Shown: positions 26,535 to 37,119, counted from the first letter of the stretch. The stretch is 37,481 nt of DNA from Bigelowiella natans CCMP2755 (GCA_000320545.1 ADNK01001054.1:1-37481), one strand, 5' to 3'. Translations and numbers: made by a program. Notes: generated by a model not told the origin, from the letters alone.

Positions 26535-29500
26535 ATGTCACAGCAGCTAGAAGAACAGCAGGACTTTGGCTCGCAGGCCGTGCAAGGGCACGAGCAGAAA
26601 CAGGAAAGGAAGGGCGATACGGACGCTAAGGAAGGAGGAGGAACACCTCCACAGGCACCGCCGGGACCAGCACCCGGGATTAAGAAAGCAGATGCAGCAG
26701 CAGAGGCACTGGAGAACTTCTACGAGGCGGACGACGAGGACGTGGCCGCCGAAAGCAAGAAGGTCGTAATGGCATTACGAGCCTTGCGACCCAGGGCGAG
26801 CAACTACGCCAAACTGAAAGTATCGATAGAATACAAGTATCAGACACATGATGTTTGGGCAGCTATCATGCAGGACATCATGGATTACGAAGCAGACTTA
26901 CCTCCAGAGTGGGCAGCTTTGTTTAGGAACGACGGGGGTCTGGGCGCCTCGCGGGGGACGACCCAGAGCACCGTCAAGCAGCAGCAGCCGGTACAGCGGA
27001 ACACCCAGTTCATGTCTGTTAAAACAGCACCGGTTATGATAACGAAATACAACGGGAAAAGAGGTGAGGCAAGGAGGTGGTGGAAGAACGCTAGGAGTAT
27101 ACTCTGCGACTTTACCCCTAACCCCACCGAAAACGACAAGCTCAAATGGCTAGCTATAATAAAGCAAGCCATGGACCTTTACGAGACAGGCAGGACCCGG
27201 ATCAGGCAGCTAGAGAAAATACACACTACAGTTAGTGGGCTACGAGACGTTGAGGCGATAATGAAGGCTTTTGTAAATGAACAGGATGCTAACTCCCTAC
27301 CCCAGGCTATTAGAAAATACAGAGCAATGATGCAGCATGAGAGAGAACCTGTTAGAGACTTTGCCACGCGCTTCCAGGATATGATCGACGAACTACATGA
27401 TTTTAATTACAACACAGGTGATGATCAGGCAAGGTTTGAAGAGTTCAAGTTAAAGATAAAGGAATCCACTTACGTTACGGAGAAAGGCTACACCACGATG
27501 GAGGCAGCAGTGCAGGCTATATCCCTACGCGAGCAGGAGCAGGACCGCAAGTTTACCAGCCCTAAGGTACCTGGCATAGGAAACATTAACGCTATTAAGC
27601 CGCAGCGAGACTGGTACAAGGACAGGGAAGGTAACCGACGTTGCGGATACTGCTCACGTAAAGGGAAACACACCGCTAAAGACTGCAGAGACAGGAAAGA
27701 AGGACGACCCAGGATGACGATCAGGCAGCTCAACGAACACTACGAGAAGTTAAAGAGAAAGAAAGGCAGAGGACAAGGATATAACAACAGCAAATGGCAA
27801 GGCAGCAACAACGGGAAGAACAATAAATATAAGAACAAAAAGCAGAACAGTATCAATGCTATACAGCAGCAGATAAACGGAATATTAGATCACCTTAAGC
27901 AGGCGCCGACGAAGACAGCAGTACCAGCAACGCAGGACCAAGACAAGCCCATGACCCTAGACGACATAAAGAACTTAGGAGTATGCAACATTAATGACGA
28001 AGACGCTAACAGGACTATCAAAGTTGCTATGACCAAGGTTAAAGTTAAAGACAGCTACGGAGACTACAAGAAACTACCTGCCCTTTGGGATAGTGGCAGC
28101 ATGCCGAAGTCCTTCATAAGCCTAAGCACAGTAAGAAGGTTAGGACTATTGGATCAAGTGACTAAGAAAGAACGTAAATATGCTCAAGCAGACGGAAGCT
28201 CTTCCATGAAGACCGTCGGTGAGCTAATGCTAAAGCTACAGATACCTGGCAGCGACGCGGAGACCCAAATCAAGACCCGAGTAGCCATGACTTTATCCAT
28301 GGAACTACTCCTCGGACAGGATGCCCTAGAAAAATTAGGGGGGATCATATCATTCTACAATCACAAGATATACTTTGCTAAGTTGCCAAAGAAGTCAGGC
28401 AGGACCATCAGCCAGAACATGATACGGCTTGACGAGTGGACCTCTGAGTCAAGCGTTAATGCGTTAGAGTTTATGGACCTAGCGGACAACAAGCTACCTA
28501 CACCTACCGAGCTACGGAAGAAGAACCCCGGCAAGACCATCCGACAGATAACGGAGCTACTGGACAAGACCCCCCCAGCTGATGATTGGGATATCGACAA
28601 GGGCAAAAAGTACATTAATAAAATATTAAACGAGAAGTACTCTGACATCACCAAGCCGACGACGAAGCCCTCCAGCAAGCTTACCCCAGTAAAGATCGAG
28701 CTAAAGAAGGGATACGAAGAGTGCATCATCAATGACCCAGAACATAGGCGACCGGAAGCGGACTGGGAAAAGATAGAGTGGCAGATCAATGAATGGGCAA
28801 AGGAAGGGAAGATAGAGCCAAGCAACTCACCATGGAACGTGAGACATGTGCTAGCTAAGAAACCTACTTACCCTTTCTTCCGCCTGGCGCACAACTTCAT
28901 CCGCCACAACCGAGTAATAAAGAGGATCCAGACACCTACACCAAGGATAGATGACGTTATTGAACACGTCATAGGATACAAATACTACTCTTCCCTAGAT
29001 AAAAATGAATCATACATGCAGACACCCATCCACAAAACCTCCCGCCCCATTACCGCGTTCTCCAGCAGGCACAGGAAGTGGCACTTCGTCGTATTCCCTT
29101 ACGGCCTAAGCATATCAGGGGATGCGTTCAGTAGTCAGAACTACAGGGCATACACACATGATGGGATGGCGTCTGTGTTGTGGGTGTTTGTGTTTGTGTA
29201 TGTGGATGATGACATAATATGTACCAACACAGTCGTCGCTCAGATCTTCCTCCTGGAAAATATATTTATTAGGTTTGCACACTTCGGTTTTACTATTAGA
29301 CTGCAGAAGTGTACATTCCTAGCTACAAGAATCAAGTGGTGTGGATATTACCTGGAGCAAGGCCGCATCACCCCAAACCCCGAGAAAGTAGCAGCACTAC
29401 AGCAAGCCCCTAAACCTAAGAATGCAAAGGAGTTAAAGTCATTCTTGCAGACTGCAGCTTGGATACTACGTAGGTTCTCCCCTACCTACGCTAGGACTGC

Positions 29501-31508
29501 AGCTGCTTTTACTACTGCTTACCGGAAGGAGAACTCTGTAGGCCTCAGCTTCGCTAAGGTGTGGGCCAAGGCTGGCCTTGATGCCCACTTCAATAACCTA
29601 ATAAAGTTATGCAGCAACACCCTATTGAATGCTAAGCTAGACACTACTAGACCAGCTACCCTATGGACAGACTGGTCTAAGCTAGGTATGGCTGCTGTAC
29701 TTACCCAAGACCAGCAGATCATACGGGTGTGGGGCAGGGCCTGCACAGCAGCTGAGGCCAAGTACAGCCCTACAAAAGGAGAGTATAAAGCCATGACTGA
29801 GGCGCAGAGGAAACTAAGATACTACCTGCTGTCGGTGCCCAGCTTCACCTTAATGACTGACCACAAGCCCCTCCTAGGCATCGACCGCAAGCTCGAAGCG
29901 CCTAACGATGAGTATGCAGCTATGAGGGCGGACACGGAAGAGTTTAGGGACAAGAGGACAGTGGTCTACGCACCAGGAGACAAGCAGCTTGCTGACTATT
30001 TCAGCAGGCTGTTCGAAAAGAAAGTCCCTACCCAGGTCACCCCTATGGTTAACGCGATTACCTTCGAGGACGGCGACTTCCTGCCTGAGCCAGAGGAGCT
30101 CCAGCACCTTCAAGAACACCTGGATAAATACAAACACAAGCATGAGGTACTTAGTGATAGGATATATGTATACACTAATAATGTTAGGCGTACCTACGTG
30201 CCACGGCGGACCAGGGGAGCCCTTCTCTTTACCGCCCATGGACCTGCACACGTAGGAGAAAACCATATCACTGCTCTACTCTACCATTACTACTGGCCCT
30301 ACAAGCTAAAAGAGATAAGGACATACCTGCGTGGCTGCAGGTGCTCCAGCTTGAAGGCGGCAGGCGTCGCCACCAAGGAGTCCAGCAAGAGCCGTGCATC
30401 TAAGAAAATCAAAGCAAGGAACTTCTTAGATATCGTGCAAATTGATGTTTATAAGTACGATGGCTATCACTACCTTACCTTCGTTGATGTGGCCACTGGA
30501 AAGTGCTGGGTTAAAAAGATTATCAAGGTCAACGTTGCTAAGAAGAACAAAGGCTTATATAAGCAGAGGCTTACTAACTGCTACCGTACCTGGGAGTCTG
30601 AGCTCCAGGCTATCCCTGATGAAGTTAGCATAAACAAGATACCAAAGAAGTTACATGTGGATAATGAGACCTCTCTTCTACAGCTACCACACCCTAATAT
30701 TGATGCCTCACCTGTATACTATGCCCAGTCCAACTCCAAGGTAGAGCGACTCCACCGCACCTTGGCCAACCTAAGCAGGATAAATAGCACCACACCAGAC
30801 AAGATACAAGGGTTAGTAAACGACACCTTCACGTCTGGGGGAGGTATCAAGGATAAGGAGAGGGAAGAAGGCGACGACAACGACGACGATACCGAGAGCG
30901 AAGACGAGAAGGTCCCGTACGATGGCCGAGTTCTAAAGGAAGGACAGTATGTTAGGGCCAAGGTAAATCTGAGATCGAGAAATAAACAAGACCCCTTCTG
31001 GGGTGGCGTTGCAAAGGTTACCGAGAGGAAGGGGAGGAAGCAGTACTACATCTATGATGGGAACAGGGTCACCTTGCGCCACATCAGTCACCTAAAGAAT
31101 TATGATATCGGTGAGAAGCTCCTAGAGGATGTTAAAGTAAACCCTACTGTGTGGGAGCGAGCAATGCCTTGTTTAGGACCCCGACCTAAGTTCGATGTGG
31201 AATATGGAAACAATAAGGTCAGGGTGAACGACGATTGGCGCATGAAGATTGTCTATCTAGGCTACCCTGGATTACGAAATATGGAGAGGGTAGCTATGAA
31301 AATAAAGGACGGAAAATATCAGCTACTCTACCTAGCTGTTCCCGACTTACCCTTTGAGCACTGGTATAAGGTCCTGGGGGACCTTGATGCAGAGGGCTGG
31401 TATGGACACGAACCTAAGGACGAAGGTGAGTTCTGGGTAAGCGACAAAGGAGATAAGGTTAGAGAGGAATCTATTACCTGGTGGTTGGTGAAGTTCCGAA
31501 AGCGATGA
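26535..31508 (+). CDS. Gag-Pol polyprotein (1657 aa) with C-terminal methyltransferase-like extension
   Basis: Gag knuckle CGYCSRKGKHTAKDC, protease LWDSGS, RT LDKNESY/PYGL/YVDD, RNase H WTDWS..E..TDHKPL..ADYFSR, integrase HHCC-like + QID/HVDNE/KVER, SH3/GPY-F-like region, then about 130 extra residues. Confidence 0.96.
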   Translation: MSQQLEEQQDFGSQAVQGHEQKQERKGDTDAKEGGGTPPQAPPGPAPGIKKADAAAEALENFYEADDEDVAAESKKVVMALRALRPRASNYAKLKVSIEYKYQTHDVWAAIMQDIMDYEADLPPEWAALFRNDGGLGASRGTTQSTVKQQQPVQRNTQFMSVKTAPVMITKYNGKRGEARRWWKNARSILCDFTPNPTENDKLKWLAIIKQAMDLYETGRTRIRQLEKIHTTVSGLRDVEAIMKAFVNEQDANSLPQAIRKYRAMMQHEREPVRDFATRFQDMIDELHDFNYNTGDDQARFEEFKLKIKESTYVTEKGYTTMEAAVQAISLREQEQDRKFTSPKVPGIGNINAIKPQRDWYKDREGNRRCGYCSRKGKHTAKDCRDRKEGRPRMTIRQLNEHYEKLKRKKGRGQGYNNSKWQGSNNGKNNKYKNKKQNSINAIQQQINGILDHLKQAPTKTAVPATQDQDKPMTLDDIKNLGVCNINDEDANRTIKVAMTKVKVKDSYGDYKKLPALWDSGSMPKSFISLSTVRRLGLLDQVTKKERKYAQADGSSSMKTVGELMLKLQIPGSDAETQIKTRVAMTLSMELLLGQDALEKLGGIISFYNHKIYFAKLPKKSGRTISQNMIRLDEWTSESSVNALEFMDLADNKLPTPTELRKKNPGKTIRQITELLDKTPPADDWDIDKGKKYINKILNEKYSDITKPTTKPSSKLTPVKIELKKGYEECIINDPEHRRPEADWEKIEWQINEWAKEGKIEPSNSPWNVRHVLAKKPTYPFFRLAHNFIRHNRVIKRIQTPTPRIDDVIEHVIGYKYYSSLDKNESYMQTPIHKTSRPITAFSSRHRKWHFVVFPYGLSISGDAFSSQNYRAYTHDGMASVLWVFVFVYVDDDIICTNTVVAQIFLLENIFIRFAHFGFTIRLQKCTFLATRIKWCGYYLEQGRITPNPEKVAALQQAPKPKNAKELKSFLQTAAWILRRFSPTYARTAAAFTTAYRKENSVGLSFAKVWAKAGLDAHFNNLIKLCSNTLLNAKLDTTRPATLWTDWSKLGMAAVLTQDQQIIRVWGRACTAAEAKYSPTKGEYKAMTEAQRKLRYYLLSVPSFTLMTDHKPLLGIDRKLEAPNDEYAAMRADTEEFRDKRTVVYAPGDKQLADYFSRLFEKKVPTQVTPMVNAITFEDGDFLPEPEELQHLQEHLDKYKHKHEVLSDRIYVYTNNVRRTYVPRRTRGALLFTAHGPAHVGENHITALLYHYYWPYKLKEIRTYLRGCRCSSLKAAGVATKESSKSRASKKIKARNFLDIVQIDVYKYDGYHYLTFVDVATGKCWVKKIIKVNVAKKNKGLYKQRLTNCYRTWESELQAIPDEVSINKIPKKLHVDNETSLLQLPHPNIDASPVYYAQSNSKVERLHRTLANLSRINSTTPDKIQGLVNDTFTSGGGIKDKEREEGDDNDDDTESEDEKVPYDGRVLKEGQYVRAKVNLRSRNKQDPFWGGVAKVTERKGRKQYYIYDGNRVTLRHISHLKNYDIGEKLLEDVKVNPTVWERAMPCLGPRPKFDVEYGNNKVRVNDDWRMKIVYLGYPGLRNMERVAMKIKDGKYQLLYLAVPDLPFEHWYKVLGDLDAEGWYGHEPKDEGEFWVSDKGDKVREESITWWLVKFRKR

Positions 31509-31515
31509 AGGTCTA

Positions 31516-31559
31516 AGGGAATAAGGAAGGAAGGAAGGAGCAACGTGACTTGGGGGAGG
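31516..31559 (+). promoter_or_regulatory. Polypurine tract region
   Basis: AAGGGAATAAGGAAGGAAGGAAGGAG...GGGGGAGG abuts the TG of the 3' LTR. Confidence 0.85.
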
Positions 31560-31885
31560 TGTAGCGCGTACCACTACGCGGGCACAAGTCACGTGCGACA
31601 ACAAAGGGGTTGTCGCGGATATAGAATATAGATAACGTAGATATTAATACAGCATAGGCACGTGGGTTCCGGCGGGACTCATGGCAGCACACCGGAAGTG
31701 TGCTGCCCCACGTGCGGCGGCATTCGCGAAAGCTTCGCGAATGATTACGCAGTGCACGATTTAATAAAAATATAATCTTTAATAAAAATAAACACAACTC
31801 TTCAAAAGGAAGCAAACGTGCCTTTCCCCCCCCCTGCCTACTTGTGCACGTAGCGCCTCGGCCTGTGAACACCTTACGCGCAACA
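31560..31885 (+). repeat. 3' LTR (326 bp)
   Basis: Direct repeat of 26170-26495 at offset 5390, immediately after a purine tract. Confidence 0.97.
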
Positions 31886-32204
31886 TGCACGTGGTGGTCT
31901 CATCATTGCAGTGCAATTCAGTTTTGCGCGATCATATGATCGCGAACGTGTGGTGTCATTGCGCGGAGCGTCACGCGCGCTGGCGCGTTCTGCAACACGT
32001 TCCAATACAACTAGACGATTGCGGGTACGTCATATAGTCATCATATATATCGTAATGTGGCCTCGTGCATACATGCTAGCATGTAGCAGCGTTCTAGCGT
32101 ATCATGCGAGCATGGAAGATAAAATGACGTTGCTGACTGTTTTGTGGGGGCTACGTAACTCTTCAAGTGCATACACACTACAGCATATTCAAATAATATG
32201 AGCA

Positions 32205-33768
32205 CTATACTGCTTCTGGTGGTCTATAAGCATTGGGGGCGCCGTCACCCTGCTCTATGCTCTTGACTTGGAAATCGACCATCACTGCATTCCCAGCGAA
32301 TGCACTGTTACAGTCGAGCGTGACAGCGTCCTCATCCATTTTTACAACCTGTGTTTCAGCAACATAATTTATCAGCAAAAGGATGTGATCCTTTGCCTAA
32401 AAAATATCGCCTAAAGATGCGCAATATTATTTACATGCTAGTGTAATATGTTACAATATATATATTAGAGGTGAATATGTGTAATATTTTGTATGTTTGT
32501 GTGATTAGCAGGGATAGGCGAAGATGTTAAGAGAAATAATAACCAGTGCAGTATCGCCGTTCACAAGCTCTACATACCTATTCAGAGGTAAAGTACATCG
32601 GAACCCATAAAATAGAGACCACCAGAAAAGCATATACGTGTACAGCATTAGGGGAGGAAATAGGTATTTCGTATCATCCAAAAACTTATCGTCGTACTCG
32701 CCCTCGCGTAGGCCGCCTTGGCTGGAGTATCTTCGCCCTAATCGCTCAATTTCTGGATGATCCGCAGGTACCTAATTGTTAGTGATGTACACAACTATCA
32801 CTCTGTTCTCTCTCTTTCTCTCAGTTCTCTCTTCCCTCTCTCCTTCTCTTTCTCTCCACCCCTCCCTACCTCTCTCACCCTCCTTTTTTCCTTCATCTCG
32901 CTCCCATTTGTTATGTTTGTAGTAAAAAAATCAGACATAGCAAACTCCCGAACCGACAAAAGCATTACATAGACAATGCCCACGCGCTAGTTTTCATAGC
33001 TACAACACCCATACCTTAAAGAGTAAGTCTGAGTTCCATTCTGGACCACTAATGTTGAGCTGCTTTGCGTCGCCCACTTTCAATCCTAGCACCTGCTGGT
33101 CGATTCCCTGGAACAGGGGGTTAGCAACCGACTGCCCAACACCCGCCTGAGTGTAATATAGCAGAACCAAAAAGAGGAGAGGTAGATTGAGATCCTAGGT
33201 ACCGGGTTGGATAGCATCTGACAGACCGATTTATGACGACGGCGACGGGACAATGATGACAAGAATCTATTCAAGTAAAATAAAATACCTACCATTTAAT
33301 TTTGTTATGTACCTCGAAGGTCATTGGGCCTGTATTCTTGCTGCTTTGCATCTCGGTGCCATCGTTAGAGCGTATCACGTAGTCGAGGGAAACAGTATCA
33401 CCAATCTTTACCTCCTCAACGCCTTTGGGGCCAATGATCACTGTTTCTTCACCCACACGTGGAGACAATGTCGTCTTTCTCGTTCGGCATAAAATGGATC
33501 GACCTGATGTTGATTTGACTAATTTTTGGTACCCCTCTGCGGTCTAAGGCGCACTTATGAACGGATTTTGAGCGATTTCTCGCTTTACAGTTTTTTAAGA
33601 CAGGGAAAAGGGTGAAAGGGGGTCTGGCTGACCGAAAGATTGGATTCCTCTGCTGGGTCTCGATGGTACCCTTACTCCCACCGATGCTCTATGCACAAAG
33701 GGCGCAACACGACCGCATGCCAACACGGCACAGCACGTCGCAAGGATCACTCCTGACATCAGTACCAT
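32205..33768 (-). CDS. Plastid-targeted SlyD/FkpB-like FKBP peptidyl-prolyl isomerase with insert-in-flap domain, 6 exons
   Basis: Spliced in frame: MVLMSGVILATCCAVLACG (signal) + R/S-rich transit-like region, VKIGDTVSLDYVIRSNDGTEMQSSKNTGPMTFE, NPLFQGIDQQVLGLKVGD, VPADHPEIERL..GLREGEYVELVNGDTAL, VVKMDEDAVTLDCNSAFAGNAVMVDFQVKSIE..EAV*. Absent from the ORF track. Confidence 0.85.
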
Positions 33769-34015
33769 AACCAAAGACTCAATATAATACCATTAGACTC
33801 CCTTCTAGATTGATTTCGCGGGCAAGTCATAGAAGGTGCCAACACGGATGGACATTAGTAGTGGACACGACCACGAACGGTCGCCATTTTCCGCTTCCAA
33901 GTGACTAATAGTGGAGGCTCGGAGAGAACGAATTTGGTTAAATTGCCATTGGAATATGCATGTGCGACATCGTCTAACTGTGAAATCCGCGTTAATTTGA
34001 GAGCCATTCTCCAAA

Positions 34016-34617
34016 TGCAAGCAATTGGGCTACGCTTCTTACAAGCCAGTCAAAGCCATCAGGGACTTTTTCCTTGCGCTCGCATGAATTCTTTGTCGCA
34101 GGGAAGAAATCCCCAAAGTTTTTTTTGGTTCCCACACTCCGACGAGAATCTTCTTCAACCGCATCTTCCCGACGCCGCATGGAGCAATGAGGAAAGCAGC
34201 TGAAGGCAAGCGGGTAAGTTCGTATGGAGTTTTAGGGTCTGTACCCACCTACACAATTGAATGGTACGATATGCATCGTGGCAAGATATTCGATCACAAA
34301 TTGTCGCACGCAGGGCAACCAGGCATCCGTAGAGATGTTGCAGATCCACTTCGAAGTTCCCTCCGAATTCCCCATTCCATCTCCAGATGAGGTGAAATGA
34401 AGACAATGTTATTAACAGGACATGAGTACACATACGAGGATGGTAAATACGGTGGAATATGAAAAATAAATAAAAGAGAGTGGTACAATTGGACCCAGTA
34501 ATAAAATTTGATGAATTAGATAGATGAAGTGAACTCACCTAAAGGTGAAGAAATAGCTAAACAACGTTATTATAACTACGTATAGCTACATTATTATGAA
34601 TATGTATAATTGCGTTG

Positions 34618-34659
<42 letters not shown>

Positions 34660-35799
34660 TTGTTGTGAAGGTGAAGGGTTGCCCTAAGAAATTGATAGAA
34701 CGGGGATTTGAATTTGGAAAGAGGGAGTCCGGGTTGAGTTATGGTTGGAACGATGGAGAGTGGTCTTTAGAGCTACCATTCGGTACATTGAGACACCATT
34801 TTCGATTATTTATCGGAATTATTCTCATTATTTCGAATGCCATACGTCAATCGTGGCAGAAACAAAGTGAAACTCTTTCAGTTTGGTAGAAATTGAGATG
34901 AAGCGCAAAATTTGCCATCTCCCATTAAATCAGCGTGCAACTATACAGCCCATGTTCTTTAGCTTGCCCTGAACAATATTTTCAGGAAGATATAAAATCC
35001 AAGTTACTGGAAAACTAGAAGATTCAGGCAGCGTAAGTCTTCCTATCTCAGAGAAAAACGTGTTTTTTTGCATTCAGCCCCGTATGTCCCATAAAATAAA
35101 GGTTACAGTGGCGGGAGAGGAAACTAAGAAGTTTGAACTAGGATCTGGGAAGTTTGAAGTTTCGCATGAGGGTTCATTGATGCAAACTCTAAACTGAATT
35201 CTGTTCGACAGAGCTTGACTTCGTGACTCGTGATCTTATTATTTCCAGTTGAGATCGAGTCGGTTTTCAGTTCTCTAATTATCGGATCATCCCATCCAAG
35301 TAAATCCTATGTCAAGCGACTTGAAACGCATCCATAAAAGATTGTGTGATATCCCAGGAAACATAAAGATGGTGCGGGTAACCGGTGAAGAAAGCCTTGT
35401 AAAGTTTGCAAAAGATCTGGGAGTCCCATCCGAGGCTTTGAAAGGTTCCCTTGGCCCTCTCGCACCTCTGCTGAAGCACTATAGACTTGAATCCTATGAA
35501 AAGGTTGTGGCAGACAACAAGGTAATGAGACAAAGGTGTTCGATCTGAAAACGTAGTTTTTTCGTCATCAATGAGGTTGTGTCATTCATTAGGTGACCGT
35601 CGAGGAAGTGTTGTCTGCAATGGACGACAAGGTTTCTTTCCGTACACAGACATCTACTTGCTGAGATTTAAAACAAGAACATAGCGCTTTGTCTTTACTA
35701 TTAAATATTCAGGACTCCTGGAAAAATCTTCTCATGACCAAGTTGGGCTTCAAGCCTGGCCATGCTGTGAAACTGAAGCGGTACTTGCAGGAGAGCTAG
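34016..35799 (+). CDS. Multi-exon protein with C-terminal SAM (sterile alpha motif) domain; start uncertain
   Basis: Last three exons splice to LAPLLKHYRLESYEKVVADNK|VTVEEVLSAMDDK|DSWKNLLMTKLGFKPGHAVKLKRYLQES*, a SAM-like pattern (LG.k.GH..Kl). Several small AG/GT-bounded exons lie upstream. Confidence 0.6.
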
Positions 35800-36684
35800 T
35801 GGAATTCATGTAGGAACGTCGGCAATGAAGCATATTAAGTGCGCTTGCGATGGCCAAAGACATGTCTAGATGTGTCATGCTATGTACAGGTGCAACACTT
35901 GCATATAATATGCATGTTGTGGGCCCTGTTTTGGCCTAGGCATGCACGTTGTAGATGTCAAGTTGTTGGACAATTGCATGCATGCCATGGTCATCTATGT
36001 GAGGAGGCTGGTGTCATGTATGGCTATGTGCGTACGCGTATAGCGTGTGATTATGTGAAATGTATAAATGGCTCACACGCGTATCGGGGGCGCCGCTGCC
36101 AAATGCGCGTAGCAGGAGGATCATCATGCAAATGATAGACACCACGGCAATACTGTGTATACAGTATATATAGAATTACTGTGTCTATTATTCAATTTAG
36201 TATGCGTCATTTTTACCTGTGTGTGCATGCTATTTTCATTGCGCCCTGCACATTAAAAGTACGCGAGACCATCGTGACTACACTGCAGCCTGTATGCACG
36301 ATCAATACTCGTTGGCGCATTTTCTCTAATCATGGGTGCACAACAAGGCAACGATTATACCAATAATAATTTATATTGCGAAGACGTATATTCAGAGAAT
36401 CCTCGCGCGTCGAACGAAGACATCCATCATCGTGATCATCATCACCATAAATTTATAATCATCGAGTGGCAGCAAAGAGAGTTTTCTTCTTCCTCCCATT
36501 GCGATGAAAACGTCCAGAGAATGTCCCGAAAAGCGTCTCCGGTGGCAGTGGATGCACTAGAAATAATCATTGGCCGAAAATTCAATGGAACAATGGCTTC
36601 GACGCAATCATAAGGGTAACTATAAGAGTTTCTTTTGCATGATGGACAAATCTTCCCCGTTCAAACTCACCCGTAAGCCACAAT

Positions 36685-37119
36685 TCTATAGAATCCCGCA
36701 CGTCCGGGGCCGTGAGCAGCTGTCACAGAAGCAACCAATGCATATAAATGACGCGCGGTTCATATATTCTCTGTCGCCGGATTGCTGCAACCAAACCCCG
36801 CTCCTCCGGCCCTCGTCTATCAACCCCCGCCACAACCTTGTCCGTGTCAAATTCGGAAGCCCAGAAATCCAGGATCCCTCGCACGTGCTCCGATCCGAAC
36901 ACTCCCACTGATACACGAACAACCTCAACATTGCGCTTCGATTTCGCTAAATGTCCATCGTCAGCATGAGAGTCGGGTCCCACAAGACATGCATCATCTA
37001 TGTTCCAGATCGGCCTTAGGCCACGTATCACCGCTCACCTATCACGTCTCCCTCGGCCTTCTTGAGGGCGTCGATAAACCGCAGATCTCTCTCGTGAGCC
37101 TGAACCATGTGAAACTCGA
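36685..37119 (-). CDS. TraB-domain protein, 3' exons only (gene continues beyond window; stop not fixed)
   Basis: Two exons join to AHERDLRFIDALKKAEGDVIVGVFGSEHVRGILDFW, matching the TraB/PrgY C-terminal ERD...VxVxGxxHxxGI motif. Confidence 0.7.

Larger units (their letters stand above)
26170..31885 (+). mobile_element. Full-length Ty3/Gypsy-type LTR retrotransposon
   Basis: Two identical 326-bp TG...CA LTRs, a putative PBS, a PPT and a single ORF with domain order gag-PR-RT-RH-IN. Confidence 0.97.

Noticed and set aside
30915-31508. Chromodomain or env gene at the 3' end of pol
   Set aside because: No chromodomain signature (YLVKWxG) in the expected context, and no signal peptide or TM helix.
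26170-31885. DIRS/tyrosine-recombinase classification suggested by the MTase-like domain and missing TSD
   Set aside because: Direct TG...CA LTRs, an aspartic protease, a DDE integrase, PBS and PPT are present; no tyrosine recombinase ORF, ITRs or internal complementary region was seen.
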